NCBI GenBank assembly: GCA_963667545.2
Contig: OY763424.2
Coordinates: forward strand, 780,240 to 844,239
Source: Oscillospiraceae bacterium
Lineage (GTDB): Bacteria > Bacillota > Clostridia > Oscillospirales > Oscillospiraceae
Direction of reading: 5' to 3'
Length of the DNA stretch: 64,000 nt
Positions 8,909-19,059 of this stretch are shown here, piece by piece. Numbering within the stretch: the first letter of the stretch is position 1; each line of letters begins with the position of its first letter. The translations under genes were made by a program, and so were the position numbers. The notes beneath the pieces were generated by a model. That model did not search any database. It saw only the letters and a list, made by a program, of their open reading frames with translations, and was not told where the DNA came from.

Positions 8909-9931
8909 ATGGATGTTACAAAGATTATTTCTTCCCTGAAAAACACGGGCAAGGTCAAAATCGTGGTATTCGGGGATTATGCGCTCGATAAATATCTCTA
9001 CATAGACCCGGAGAACGACGAGCCTTCCGCCGAGACAGGCTTACCGGCCTATCAGGTACACCGCAAATTTCTATCCGCCGGTGTAGGCGGTACGATAACG
9101 AACAATCTGCGCGCGCTGGGCGCGCAGGTATCCTGCATCGGATTAATAGGCGAGGACGGCGAAGCGTGGGAACTGCTTAACTGCCTGAAGGCTGTCGGCG
9201 CGGATGTTACTCACATGGTGCGCAGTGACAGCATTTGCACCTGCACCTATACGAAGCCAATGCGCAAGGGCTCGGACGGCGTGTACCGCGAGCTGAACCG
9301 TCTGGATTTTCGCAGCATTTGCGAACGCCCGATGGAGGTGCAGCGCGAAATGCTGCGCGAGCTTGAGTCAGTACTGGACTGGGCGGACGGTGTTATAATC
9401 ACCGATCAGTTCTATCAACGCAATGTGAGCGCTGTCACCGACTGGCTGCGCGAGAAGCTCAGCGAGCTTGCCGCCCGCAGAACGGACAAGATTTTCTTCG
9501 CCGATTCGCGCTCGTTTGCAAACGAATACCGCAGTATGATGGTCAAATGCAACAATATCGAGTTCTTCGGTATGCTCGGAGAGCCGGATGCGGATGTTAC
9601 AAATCTGGACGCGATAATTAAAAATGGAGATACGCTTTACCGGCGCAACGGAAGACCGCTGTTTGTCACCAGAGGCGCTGAGGGTATTGTCGTATTCAAC
9701 GGCAAGACCGAAATCGTGCCCGCTTTCCGTGTGGACGGAGAAATTGACATTGTAGGCGCGGGCGACGCGACGAACGCGGGGATAGTGCTGGGGCTTGCGC
9801 TTGGACTGACAGAGGCGGAAGCCGCACTTTTGGCGTGCTGCATATCCTCGATAACCATTCAGCAAATTGGCACGACAGGCACAGCTGAGGTTAAACAGGT
9901 GGCCGAGAGGCTGAGAACCGTTCTGACCTGA
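8909..9931 (+). CDS. PfkB-family carbohydrate kinase, HldE/RfaE domain-I-like
   Basis: KIVVFGDYALDKYLY...P, GG..TNNLRALGA, LNRLDF and GAGDATNAG motifs parallel the HldE heptose-7-phosphate kinase domain. RBS GGAGGG. Confidence 0.8.
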   Translation: MDVTKIISSLKNTGKVKIVVFGDYALDKYLYIDPENDEPSAETGLPAYQVHRKFLSAGVGGTITNNLRALGAQVSCIGLIGEDGEAWELLNCLKAVGADVTHMVRSDSICTCTYTKPMRKGSDGVYRELNRLDFRSICERPMEVQREMLRELESVLDWADGVIITDQFYQRNVSAVTDWLREKLSELAARRTDKIFFADSRSFANEYRSMMVKCNNIEFFGMLGEPDADVTNLDAIIKNGDTLYRRNGRPLFVTRGAEGIVVFNGKTEIVPAFRVDGEIDIVGAGDATNAGIVLGLALGLTEAEAALLACCISSITIQQIGTTGTAEVKQVAERLRTVLT

Positions 9932-9947
9932 TTCGGGGAGGATACCG

Positions 9948-10823
9948 ATGAACAACGTCTACAAGCTCTTTCATGGACTCTATGTGGACAAAAGCCGTCT
10001 TATCGAGATGCTTAAGGCGTTCTATATGTTCACGCATTTGAAGATATCGTTTTTTGATACGGAGTTCAACCAGCTTCAGGAGTGGCCGCTGCCGCAGTGC
10101 GAGCTCTGCCAGCTTATACGCAGGGACGAAATTCAGACTTGTCTGAAGTGCGACGCGGAGGGCTTCATGCGCTGTCATGAAAAAAAAGATGTTCATTCCT
10201 ATCAGTGCCACGCGGGACTGATGGAGATGATCATTCCCATAAAGCTTGAGGAAATGATTATCGGCTACATCATGTTCGGCCAGATGATCGGGGCCGAAAA
10301 CGCCATCGAAACCAAGCAGCGTCTGTTTGAAATGCACAGGGAGCTGGCAAACGAGGATGAGCTGCGCAGAGTAATTGACCTCATAGATGTCCGGAGTGAG
10401 GAGGAGCTTGAAGCCGCCACCCTTATCGGCAAAGCCTGCATCAGTTATCTGCTCAACGAACGCGTCGTGAGCGTGGACCGCAATAATCTTGTGGATCGCA
10501 TCGACGCCTATATCATTGACAATATGGCGCAGGGCTTTTCGGTTGAGGATCTCTGCACATACCTGAACATGAAACACTCCTCCTTCTATGCCCTTACCAA
10601 TGAAGGACTGGGCTGCTCAATCGGCGAATATATCAAGAAAAAGCGTATCGAAACGGCGAAAACGCTGCTTAAAGACACAGATTTGCCGGTATCCATGATA
10701 GCTGAAAAGGTCGGGTTCAGCGACTATAATTACTTTCTTCGCTGCTTTAAAAAACAGGTCGGCGTGACCTGCCGCGCATACAGAAGAAATGTTTCTGACT
10801 GTCAACATATACAAAACGCATAA
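9948..10823 (+). CDS. AraC-family transcriptional regulator with N-terminal PocR-type sensory domain
   Basis: A Cys/His-rich PocR-like region (CELCQLIR...CLKCD...YQCHAGLMEMIIPI...G) followed by a C-terminal dual HTH (IETAKTLLKDTDLPVSMIAEKVGFSDYNYFLRCFKK). Confidence 0.8.
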   Translation: MNNVYKLFHGLYVDKSRLIEMLKAFYMFTHLKISFFDTEFNQLQEWPLPQCELCQLIRRDEIQTCLKCDAEGFMRCHEKKDVHSYQCHAGLMEMIIPIKLEEMIIGYIMFGQMIGAENAIETKQRLFEMHRELANEDELRRVIDLIDVRSEEELEAATLIGKACISYLLNERVVSVDRNNLVDRIDAYIIDNMAQGFSVEDLCTYLNMKHSSFYALTNEGLGCSIGEYIKKKRIETAKTLLKDTDLPVSMIAEKVGFSDYNYFLRCFKKQVGVTCRAYRRNVSDCQHIQNA

Positions 10824-11023
10824 CATTAAACTGGTAAAATGAACAGATTCCGTCATTCGGCATTAAATCTGTAAAAAAATTTCCTTTGTAGAATATTACA
10901 CTTTTCTAAATAAAAATGCCTATACAGTTTCCTGCACATGGATTACTATGAATTTAGTAGATGACTTGGTAAAAAATTTGCCTGTAAGTCAATAGTCGCA
11001 TGGAAGTTGTTAGGTGTTTTTTT

Positions 11024-12484
11024 ATGAACAAATTGAAGGTCGGCCTTGTTGGCAGCTCGCAGCTCAGTTTTCCCGGAGATAAGGAAGGCACTTTCGGACG
11101 CTCTGTTGCCGAAGTAGTAAAGCTTGCGAAGAAATGGGATTTTGAATTATACGTCTATCCGAAACAGGTCATAACAGCGGATGACGCATACATAGCGCGC
11201 AGCGCACTGGAAGCGGAAAAAACGGATTTTGTCCTTCTCCAGTGTACCAGCTTTTCAGCCGGGTTCCTTGCCCCTGTCTTTGCGCGTACAAAGGACGCGA
11301 GACTCGGACTGTGGGCGATTCCGGAGGGCGCCGTTGAGGGTGCTGTTCCCTTCAACTCGCTTTGCAGCATCAATATGTACTCGGCAATTATCGGACATTA
11401 TCTCGACGCTTATGAGATTCCGCTTAAATGGTTCTATGGTAATGCCGACGATACGCTCTTTATTGACCGTTTTCGCATAACCATCCGCGCGCTCAAGGCT
11501 ATCAAGTACATGCAGCAGTCAAAAGTCGCTCTTGTGGGCGGTATCGCGCCGGGTTTTGACGATTTGTACGACGACGAGCGTAAGCTTATTAAGCTGTTCG
11601 ACGGAATGCGTATCAACCGCCTGCATGAATACGACGAAATTAAAAAGCTTGCCCTGAGCATGGACGCATCGAAGGTTAAGGCCCGCATGGACGAAGAAAC
11701 GGCGCAGGCTAAGGGCTTCCGCCATCCGACGGCGCAAAAAATGCTTGAAACGAATGCTCGCTTTTCACTGGCTTACGATCAGTTCATCGCGGAAACCGGC
11801 TATGACGCCGTCGCGATAAGCTGCTGGCCGAAATTCCAGGACGATTTTCTTTACAGCGTCTGCGCTGTCGTCGGCGAACTGAACGACAAGGGAACTCCGA
11901 CCGCGTGCGAGGGCGACCTTACCTCCGCGATTTGTATGCTGCTTCTGAAATATCTGTCTGAGGATATTACTACGCTGATGGATATGTCCGCGTTCGACAG
12001 GAAAGACGATACGGTGCTTATGTGGCACTGCGGCCCCACGAGCAGACGCTTCTGTGAGAAGAAGGGCTTTGAATACGGGCTCAATTATTCCGGTACGGCG
12101 CATGAGCCAGACGAGAAGGAAGTCAGCGGCACGGGCGTTGTCCGCGACATGGTTTTTGACCCGGGCGAGATTACAATCGCGCGGCTTACCGGAGAAATCG
12201 ACACGATGTTCCTCGCCACCGGAAGTATTATAGACACGGATAAACCCAGCTTCTGCGGCTCACGCGGCTGGGTTGGAAAGCTCGAGATCAACCGTAAGCC
12301 CGTCTCCTCTATTGATTTTCTGAACACCGTGCTTGTTTCGCGCTTCCAGCACCATTTCCCGATAGTTCGGGGAGATTACAGCAAGGAAGTGCTTGAAGCT
12401 ATGGCTTGGCTGAAGTTGAAGAAGGTCGAGATTTCACCCTATCAGGATTATCTTGAAAACCCGGTGTGGTGGGCAAACAAATAG
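11024..12484 (+). CDS. L-fucose/L-arabinose isomerase family protein
   Basis: About 490 aa. The N-terminus KVGLVGSSQLSFPGDKE and central ...CWPKFQD...CAVVGELND.G.P.ACEGD... match the FucI-like fold family. The start is ambiguous (ATG 11000 or 11024). Confidence 0.7.
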   Translation: MNKLKVGLVGSSQLSFPGDKEGTFGRSVAEVVKLAKKWDFELYVYPKQVITADDAYIARSALEAEKTDFVLLQCTSFSAGFLAPVFARTKDARLGLWAIPEGAVEGAVPFNSLCSINMYSAIIGHYLDAYEIPLKWFYGNADDTLFIDRFRITIRALKAIKYMQQSKVALVGGIAPGFDDLYDDERKLIKLFDGMRINRLHEYDEIKKLALSMDASKVKARMDEETAQAKGFRHPTAQKMLETNARFSLAYDQFIAETGYDAVAISCWPKFQDDFLYSVCAVVGELNDKGTPTACEGDLTSAICMLLLKYLSEDITTLMDMSAFDRKDDTVLMWHCGPTSRRFCEKKGFEYGLNYSGTAHEPDEKEVSGTGVVRDMVFDPGEITIARLTGEIDTMFLATGSIIDTDKPSFCGSRGWVGKLEINRKPVSSIDFLNTVLVSRFQHHFPIVRGDYSKEVLEAMAWLKLKKVEISPYQDYLENPVWWANK

Positions 12485-12568
12485 GTATCCATTTACATGG
12501 AGCCCCCGAAAAATTGTGATTTATTGTGTTCACATAAATAAATCAAAATAATTAAGGAGAGCAAAAAA

Positions 12569-13627
12569 ATGAAAAAGGTACTAATCATTGTCTTAGCACT
12601 CGCAATGACCCTGGCTCTAGTAGCATGCGGCACTCCCGCAGCGACCACATCCCCCTCCGCCTCCCCCGCAGCCTCCGCAGACGCGGCTGCAAAGGACAAG
12701 TTCGTAGTCGGAGCACTTGTTTATAAGTATGACGACGTGTATCTGTCCTCCGTTCGTGAAGCTATCCAGAAGTATTCAGACGCCGCCGGCAACATCGAAC
12801 TCAAGATGTATGACGGCCAGGGCGACCAGGGCAAGCAGCTCGATCAGCTGGACGCTATTCTTCAGGACGGCGTTGACTGCCTGCTTGTGAACATGTGCGA
12901 TCAGTCCTCCGCGCAGACCGTTATCAACCTCGTAAAAGACAAGGGCATTCCCCTCGTATTCTTCAACCGTGAGCCTACTGACATAACCGTACTTAAGGGC
13001 TATGACAAGTGCATCTTCGTCGGCACCAGAGCTCAGGATGCAGGCGTCATGCAGGGAGACATGCTGGCTGATCTGTGGACCGCAGACAAGAGCTGGGACC
13101 GCAACGGCGACGGCAAGGTTCAGTATGTTGTATTCAAGGGCGAAGCCGACAACCTCGAAGCTATCGCACGCACCGAGTATTGCCAGTCCGAAGCAAAAGC
13201 CAAGGGCCTCGACATGGTTCCTGTTGCTGACGTTCAGGTCTGCGACTGGACTGCTGAAAAGGCAATGAACGCTATGGAAGCTATCCTTTCCGCTCACAAC
13301 GATGTCGAAGCTGTTCTTTGCAACAACGACGATATGGCTACAGGCGTTATCTCCGCTCTTCAGAACCATGGCTTCAACACCGGCAAAGAAGGCGACAAGA
13401 AGATGATCGTTCTCGGCGTTGACGCAACCGACGCCGCAAAATCCGCAATTGCATCCGGCTATATGCAGGGCACAGTTAAGCAGGACGGCGACGCAATGGC
13501 AAAGGCCTGCATCGACCTCGCTGAAAACTTCCTGGCTGGCAAGGGCGCTCTTGATGGCACCAGCTACAAGCTCGACGAAACCGGTGTCGCAATCCGTATC
13601 CCCTACAGCCCGTTTAACGGCAAATAA
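12569..13627 (+). CDS. ABC sugar transporter substrate-binding lipoprotein (MglB/galactose-glucose-binding type, cluster B)
   Basis: Lipobox LALVAC-G, then a Ser/Pro/Ala linker, then a periplasmic-binding-protein type I fold (VGALVYKYDD...NREP...VLCNNDDMA.G...VLGVDAT). Strong RBS AAGGAGA. Confidence 0.85.
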   Translation: MKKVLIIVLALAMTLALVACGTPAATTSPSASPAASADAAAKDKFVVGALVYKYDDVYLSSVREAIQKYSDAAGNIELKMYDGQGDQGKQLDQLDAILQDGVDCLLVNMCDQSSAQTVINLVKDKGIPLVFFNREPTDITVLKGYDKCIFVGTRAQDAGVMQGDMLADLWTADKSWDRNGDGKVQYVVFKGEADNLEAIARTEYCQSEAKAKGLDMVPVADVQVCDWTAEKAMNAMEAILSAHNDVEAVLCNNDDMATGVISALQNHGFNTGKEGDKKMIVLGVDATDAAKSAIASGYMQGTVKQDGDAMAKACIDLAENFLAGKGALDGTSYKLDETGVAIRIPYSPFNGK

Positions 13628-13647
13628 GCAAAAATCTAATTGAAGAA

Positions 13648-13686
13648 CAGGCGAGAATGCTTTTTCCCGGGCGGCATTCTCGCCTG
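13648..13686 (+). terminator. Intercistronic stem-loop after the binding-protein gene (partial terminator or mRNA stabiliser candidate)
   Basis: CAGGCGAGAATGC - 13-nt loop - GCATTCTCGCCTG, a 13-bp perfect stem with no clear U-tract. Confidence 0.5.
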
Positions 13687-13715
13687 TCCATAATGGCAGG
13701 ATAGAGGTAAGGGAT

Positions 13716-15215
13716 ATGTCAGAAACCTATGTTCTTGAAATGTCCGGAATCAGCAAGAGCTTTCCGGGCGTAAGGGCTCTGGACGACGTCCAGATAAAGG
13801 TACGCAGAGGTACGGTTCATTCTCTTTGCGGTGAAAACGGCGCCGGAAAGAGCACCTTGATGAAGTGCCTGTTCGGAATCTATAATCGTGATTCCGGCAC
13901 CATCAAGCTTGACGGACAGGAAGTGGATTTCAAGGATCCGAAAAACGCAATGGACAACGGCGTTGCAATGGTTCATCAGGAGCTGAATCAGGTGCTGCAG
14001 CGCAGTATCATGGAGAACATCTGGCTGGGTCGCGTTCCGCGCAATAAAGCGGGGCTTGTCGATCAGAAAAAGATGTACGATGTAACGAAGAAAATATTTG
14101 ATGATTTGGAAATTGGCGCCGATCCCAGAGAGAAAATCGGTAACCTGTCTGTTTCCGGACGCCAGATGGTCGAAATCGCCAGAGCAGTTTCGCATAACAT
14201 TAAATTGCTCGTTCTGGACGAGCCAACATCATCTCTGGCGGACAATGAGGTCAAGCAGCTGTTTAAGATTATCAACAAGCTGCGTGACAGCGGAGTTGGC
14301 ATCATTTATATATCTCATAAAATGGAAGAGGTTCTGCGCATCTCAGACGACGTAACCATTATGCGGGACGGCAAATGGATTACGACCGAGAAGGCCTCGG
14401 ATCTAACACTGAACAAAATAATCAGCCTGATGGTCGGGCGCAACATGGAAAACCGTTTCCCGCCAAAGGTCAACGAGCCTGGCGAAAACATCATGACCGT
14501 TGAGCATCTCACCAGTACATATATGCCGGGGTGTATCGATGTTTCATTCGATCTGCGCAAGGGTGAAATTCTCGGTATCGCGGGGCTTGTCGGTTCACGC
14601 AGAACCGAGCTTTTGGAAACGATTTTCGGAACGCGGCATCACAACTCCGGTACTATAATTGTGCACGATAAAAAAATCAACAACAAGACCTCGCGTGACG
14701 CGCTGAAAAACGGATTTGCAATGTTGACTGAGGAACGCCGCGCCAGCGGAATTTTCGGTGTGGATTCAGTCCTGTTCAATTCGGTTATCGCAAATATTAC
14801 GTCATATAAAAGACTGATTTTTTTGAATCAGAAAAAGATGGATAAAGATACCGACTGGGTAGTCGAATCGATGAACGTCAAGACTCCGAGCAAGAAGACG
14901 AAGATAAAACTTCTTTCCGGCGGCAATCAGCAAAAAGTTATCATCGGCCGCTGGCTGCTTACAAAACCCGAAATCCTGCTGATGGATGAACCCACGCGAG
15001 GCATTGACGTAGGCGCGAAATACGAGATTTACCAGCTCATAAACAATGTCGCCAAGGAGGGAAAGGCCGTCGTCGTTGTTTCCTCCGAAATGCCGGAGCT
15101 GCTCGGCATCTGCGATCGCATTGCCGTCATGTCAAACGGGCATATGGCGGGCATTCTTGATATTCAGGACGCAACGCAGGAGAAAATTATGGAACTTGCA
15201 GTTCAATACATTTAA
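13716..15215 (+). CDS. Sugar ABC transporter ATP-binding protein, duplicated-ATPase type (MglA/RbsA-like)
   Basis: Walker [10 protein letters not shown], signature LSVSGRQ, Walker [10 protein letters not shown] second degenerate cassette carries LSGGNQQK and [12 protein letters not shown]. Confidence 0.9.
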   Translation: MSETYVLEMSGISKSFPGVRALDDVQIKVRRGTVHSLCGENGAGKSTLMKCLFGIYNRDSGTIKLDGQEVDFKDPKNAMDNGVAMVHQELNQVLQRSIMENIWLGRVPRNKAGLVDQKKMYDVTKKIFDDLEIGADPREKIGNLSVSGRQMVEIARAVSHNIKLLVLDEPTSSLADNEVKQLFKIINKLRDSGVGIIYISHKMEEVLRISDDVTIMRDGKWITTEKASDLTLNKIISLMVGRNMENRFPPKVNEPGENIMTVEHLTSTYMPGCIDVSFDLRKGEILGIAGLVGSRRTELLETIFGTRHHNSGTIIVHDKKINNKTSRDALKNGFAMLTEERRASGIFGVDSVLFNSVIANITSYKRLIFLNQKKMDKDTDWVVESMNVKTPSKKTKIKLLSGGNQQKVIIGRWLLTKPEILLMDEPTRGIDVGAKYEIYQLINNVAKEGKAVVVVSSEMPELLGICDRIAVMSNGHMAGILDIQDATQEKIMELAVQYI

Positions 15216-15230
15216 GAAGAGGTCAGGGAT

Positions 15231-16259
15231 ATGGAAAATACAAAAAATCTCAACTCCACAAAGTTAAAAGAGGGGCTTTTAAACAACGCACTGTTCATCA
15301 TCCTAGGCCTCATGCTTATTGTTGTTATCTGCATGAAACCCAGCTTTATTTCCATTGATAACATCACCAACATTCTGCGTCAGGCATCTACACGAGGAAT
15401 TCTTGCTCTGGGCATTGCCGGTATTATAATTATTCAGGGCACTGACCTTTCCGCAGGACGTATACTCGGCTGCTGCGCCGCAATCTCGGCAAGCCTGCTG
15501 CAGGCAACGACCTATGCCTCAAGAATGTATCCGCAGATTACGCACGGCCTGCCGCTGATTATTCCTCTGCTGGTATGCGTCGCTGTGGCAGTGCTCTTCT
15601 CCCTGCTGAACGGTTTCGGCGTTGCTTATCTGCATATGCACGCTTTCATAGTTTCTCTGGGTACTCAGCTGATTGCCTTCGGCGCTACCTGCATATACAT
15701 CGACAGCCAGAAGGGCGGCGCGCAGCCCCTTTCAACCCTCGATCCGCGCTACCTCGATTTTGTTAAGGGTTCTCTTAATTTGGGCTTTATGCAATTGCCG
15801 TATCTGGTCATCTATCTGGTGGTCTGCGCAGTAGCTGTCTATTTCCTATGGAATAAAACGGTGTTCGGCAAAAACATGTACGCAATCGGCGGAAATCCCG
15901 AAGCAGCCGCTGTCTCCGGCATCAATATTAAACTGAATATTATGCTGGTATTCGTTCTTGCCGGTGTGCTGTACGGAATCGCGTCCTTCCTTGAGGCGGC
16001 CCGTATAGGCTCCGTCACAACGACTGTCGGTTTCAACTACGAGTTCGACGCCATTTCCGGCTGCGTCATAGGCGGTGTATCCTGGGCCGGCGGTATCGGA
16101 ACAATTCCGGGAGTTATGCTAGGCGTTATTCTGCTGCAAACCATCAACTACAGCCTTACCTTCCTGAACGTCAACCCGTATTTGCAGTATATCATCAAGG
16201 GCATACTTATAATTCTTGCGGTCTCCATTGATGTCCGCAAGTACCTGGCTAAGAAGTAA
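15231..16259 (+). CDS. Sugar ABC transporter permease (MglC/RbsC-like, BPD_transp_2)
   Basis: 342-aa polytopic protein with ...GTDLSAGR... and ...AIGGNPEAA..SGI... motifs typical of this permease family. Confidence 0.85.
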   Translation: MENTKNLNSTKLKEGLLNNALFIILGLMLIVVICMKPSFISIDNITNILRQASTRGILALGIAGIIIIQGTDLSAGRILGCCAAISASLLQATTYASRMYPQITHGLPLIIPLLVCVAVAVLFSLLNGFGVAYLHMHAFIVSLGTQLIAFGATCIYIDSQKGGAQPLSTLDPRYLDFVKGSLNLGFMQLPYLVIYLVVCAVAVYFLWNKTVFGKNMYAIGGNPEAAAVSGINIKLNIMLVFVLAGVLYGIASFLEAARIGSVTTTVGFNYEFDAISGCVIGGVSWAGGIGTIPGVMLGVILLQTINYSLTFLNVNPYLQYIIKGILIILAVSIDVRKYLAKK

Positions 16260-16468
16260 TGGAAGAAAAGGAAGAAAAGACAAATCCGAATCCGGACAAA
16301 CCGGATGCGGCTGAGGGAAAAGCGGATAAGCCGCCTAAAACGCAGCATTATTCGCGGGAGAACCTCTATGGCCATATAGATTTATCTGTTCGCCAGATGG
16401 ACCTAATTATTACCGTTCTAGTCATCCTCCTGGCTTTGGCGGTTATCATAGGAGTAATTGTAAAATGA
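16259..16468 (+). CDS. Hypothetical 69-aa tail-anchored small membrane protein
   Basis: The ATG overlaps the permease stop (TAATG). A charged Lys/Pro/Glu-rich N-terminus is followed by a single C-terminal TM (LIITVLVILLALAVIIGVIV). No family recognised. Confidence 0.4.
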   Translation: MEEKEEKTNPNPDKPDAAEGKADKPPKTQHYSRENLYGHIDLSVRQMDLIITVLVILLALAVIIGVIVK

Positions 16469-16569
16469 TTTACAGTTAAACGGATTGACCGGTACAGCTG
16501 CCTAAACCGGCAACTGTATCGGTTCTTCTATCTTTGTTGAGCTAAATTTTCTGGAAAAGGATAATTGAA

Positions 16570-17136
16570 ATGAAAGACTATACAGATCAGATTAATACCT
16601 ATTACGACCGCTTAAAGAGCACTATCGACAAAATTGACCGCAATGAGATAAATCGGGCAATGGAGGCTTTAAAGCAGACAAGAGACAATAAAAAATACAT
16701 ATTCATTATGGGCAACGGCGGCAGCGCATCGACCGCCTCGCATTTCGCAGGGGATTTCAACAAGGGCCTGAGCCTGAACCGTGACAAGAAATTCCGTTTT
16801 GTTTGCCTCAACGACAACGCCGCAACTGTGCTGAGCCTTGCAAACGATGTTGCATACGACGCAATTTTTGTTGAGCAGCTCAAGAATTTTCTCTCTGAGG
16901 GCGATGTCGTTATGGCGATTTCCGGAAGCGGCAACTCGAAAAATGTTGTCCGCGCAGTGGAATACGCAAAAGAAAAAGGAAATCAGGTAATCGGACTCAC
17001 CGGTTACAGCGGCGGAGAGCTTAAGAAGCTGTCGGATGTAAAGCTTCACATTCCAATCGACGATATGCAGGTCGTTGAGGATTTGCATATGGTGTTTGAC
17101 CATTTGATAATGTCGATTCTTTATAGGGAAGACTGA
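16570..17136 (+). CDS. SIS-domain sugar-phosphate isomerase, GmhA (sedoheptulose-7-phosphate isomerase)-like
   Basis: GNGGSASTASHFAGDF, ISGSGNSKNV, IGLTGYSGGEL and VEDLHMVFDH align with the GmhA motifs GNGGSHCDAMHFAEEL, STSGNSANV, TLTGKDGGKM and IQEIHIKVIH. Confidence 0.8.
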   Translation: MKDYTDQINTYYDRLKSTIDKIDRNEINRAMEALKQTRDNKKYIFIMGNGGSASTASHFAGDFNKGLSLNRDKKFRFVCLNDNAATVLSLANDVAYDAIFVEQLKNFLSEGDVVMAISGSGNSKNVVRAVEYAKEKGNQVIGLTGYSGGELKKLSDVKLHIPIDDMQVVEDLHMVFDHLIMSILYRED

Positions 17137-17176
17137 ATCCCGTTAAAGACAATCCACCGTAAAGAGGAAGCAAAAA

Positions 17177-18115
17177 ATGAAGAAAATACTATGCATTGAC
17201 ATAGGCGGCTCCAAGATGCTGTCTGGCGTCATTGATGAAACGGGAAAAGTTCTGTTTTCGCGCAAGCTTCTGCTGCGTCATCCGACAAAGCAGCAGGTGG
17301 CGGACGCCATACTTACCGAAAGCGAAGCCGTAATGAAATCCGACGAATGGAAGGACGGCGAAACAGACGATATAGACTGCGTCGGCGTATCCATACCGGG
17401 ACTTACGGATCCCGAAAAGGGAATATGGGTCTACGCGCCGTTTTCGCACATAGAAAACTTCGATGTGCGTGCCCTGCTCAATGAAAAATACCATAAGCCT
17501 GTGTATTTGGAAAACGACGGCAATATATGTACTCTGGGAGAAAAACGCTTTGGCGTTGCCAAGGACGTGTCGGATTTTATCTGGGTGACGGTCAGCAACG
17601 GGATCGGCTCGGGCGTGTTTCTTGACAACAAAGTGTTTCGGGGCTTTTCAAACGGAGCGGGAGAGCTGGGCCATGTCAAGGTTGTCGATTACGGTGTAAA
17701 ATGCCACTGCGGCGCGCGCGGCTGTCTTGAAGCCTATGGCGCCGCCCCGGGCATAGTGAGACGTTACAAGGAGTTAAGCGGCAGGCAGCACGAAATAACC
17801 GCGCAGGAGGTAGCTCAGCTTGCCCGTAACGGCGACAAAAACGCACAGCGGGTGTTTGAGGACGAGGGCTTTTATCTTGGCAAGGGCATAGCGGCTGCAG
17901 TCAATATCATAAATGTGCCGCTGGTTGTTATCGGCGGCGGCGTATCCGGTTCATTTGATCTGTTTGAAGCGTCACTCAGGTCGACGCTGAAGGATTTCAT
18001 TTTTATGGACGCAAATAAGAACCTCCGGATAGAAAAAACGGGACTGGGCTACGAAGCGTCGCTGATCAGCGCGGGAGCCTGTGCCCTGTACGGCATGGAA
18101 AAGGAGGGGCTTTAA
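17177..18115 (+). CDS. ROK-family sugar kinase
   Basis: N-terminal ATPase motif CIDIGGSK, ENDGN, and ROK Zn motif GELGH...CHCGARGCLE. Confidence 0.8.
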   Translation: MKKILCIDIGGSKMLSGVIDETGKVLFSRKLLLRHPTKQQVADAILTESEAVMKSDEWKDGETDDIDCVGVSIPGLTDPEKGIWVYAPFSHIENFDVRALLNEKYHKPVYLENDGNICTLGEKRFGVAKDVSDFIWVTVSNGIGSGVFLDNKVFRGFSNGAGELGHVKVVDYGVKCHCGARGCLEAYGAAPGIVRRYKELSGRQHEITAQEVAQLARNGDKNAQRVFEDEGFYLGKGIAAAVNIINVPLVVIGGGVSGSFDLFEASLRSTLKDFIFMDANKNLRIEKTGLGYEASLISAGACALYGMEKEGL

Positions 18116-19059
18116 TGAAGTTTTTAAGTGTGGGCGAGATGGTCATCGACTTTTTGCCCGGGGACGTGGAAGGAATATATATCCGCAAAGCGGGAGGAGC
18201 GCCTGCAAATGTCGCTATAGCAGTGGCGCGTCACGGCTGTGAAGCCGGCTTCTGCGGTATGATGGGAAATGACGATTTCGGTCATTTTCTTCTGAAAACA
18301 CTGACGGATAACAATGTCACACCGCTTGTAACCGAGCTTACCGATATTGCGACCACGACTATGGCATTCGTAACGCTTGGCGCAGACGGGGATCGCAGCT
18401 TCACCTTCGCGCGCAAGCCCGGCGCGGACATGTTTCTGAAAAAAGAACACCTCAATCATCCATGGTTTGACGAGGCCGGCATAGTCCACGCTGGCTCCTG
18501 CTCCCTGTCCAGGGGTGACGCCAGAAATACCACAATTTTTGCTCTGGAGGAGAGCCGCCGCCGCGGCAAGCTTGTGAGCTTTGATGTGAACTACCGCGAC
18601 CTCTTGTGGGACGGCGATCGCGCTGCCGCGGCAAAGGCTGTTATGGAAATTCTGCCGAATGTCGATTTGCTCAAGATATCCGAGGAGGAAGCCGATATGG
18701 TCGGCGGGGAAGAGACTCTCCAGCGTTTAATGGCGGAAAATGATATTTCGCTTGTAGTCGAAACTCTGGGAGCAAACGGCGTACGCTGCTTCTGGAACGG
18801 CAAGACGCTTGAACTGCTGGGTATTAAGGCTAAATGTGTCGACGCAACCGGCGCCGGAGACGCGTTCTGGGGAGGCTTTCTGGCCACGCTCATGAAATCG
18901 GGCGTACAGTCGGGCAAAGATCTGAACGAGAGCTTTTTACTTAACGCGCTTCAAATCGGCAATATTTCCGGATGGCTGTGCGTACAGAAAAAAGGTGCCA
19001 TTGAATCCCTGCCCACGGCTGAGGAAGTAACGCATCATCTGGAGGAATTCTATAAATGA
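18115..19059 (+). CDS. PfkB-family carbohydrate kinase (fructokinase-like)
   Basis: GGAPANVA, DVNYR..LW and TGAGDAFWGGFL motifs. The start overlaps the upstream stop (TAATG). Confidence 0.8.
   Translation: MKFLSVGEMVIDFLPGDVEGIYIRKAGGAPANVAIAVARHGCEAGFCGMMGNDDFGHFLLKTLTDNNVTPLVTELTDIATTTMAFVTLGADGDRSFTFARKPGADMFLKKEHLNHPWFDEAGIVHAGSCSLSRGDARNTTIFALEESRRRGKLVSFDVNYRDLLWDGDRAAAAKAVMEILPNVDLLKISEEEADMVGGEETLQRLMAENDISLVVETLGANGVRCFWNGKTLELLGIKAKCVDATGAGDAFWGGFLATLMKSGVQSGKDLNESFLLNALQIGNISGWLCVQKKGAIESLPTAEEVTHHLEEFYK

Noticed and set aside
9891-10577. 228-aa minus-strand ORF overlapping the PocR/AraC regulator gene
   Set aside because: It is antisense to a gene with clear domain motifs. It has no RBS and no recognisable family, so it is a shadow ORF.
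10824-11023. Weak direct repeats (CTGGTAAAATG / CTTGGTAAAAAAT) upstream of the FucI-like gene as AraC-type binding sites
   Set aside because: They are AT-rich, short and imperfect. They cannot be distinguished from chance without comparative data.
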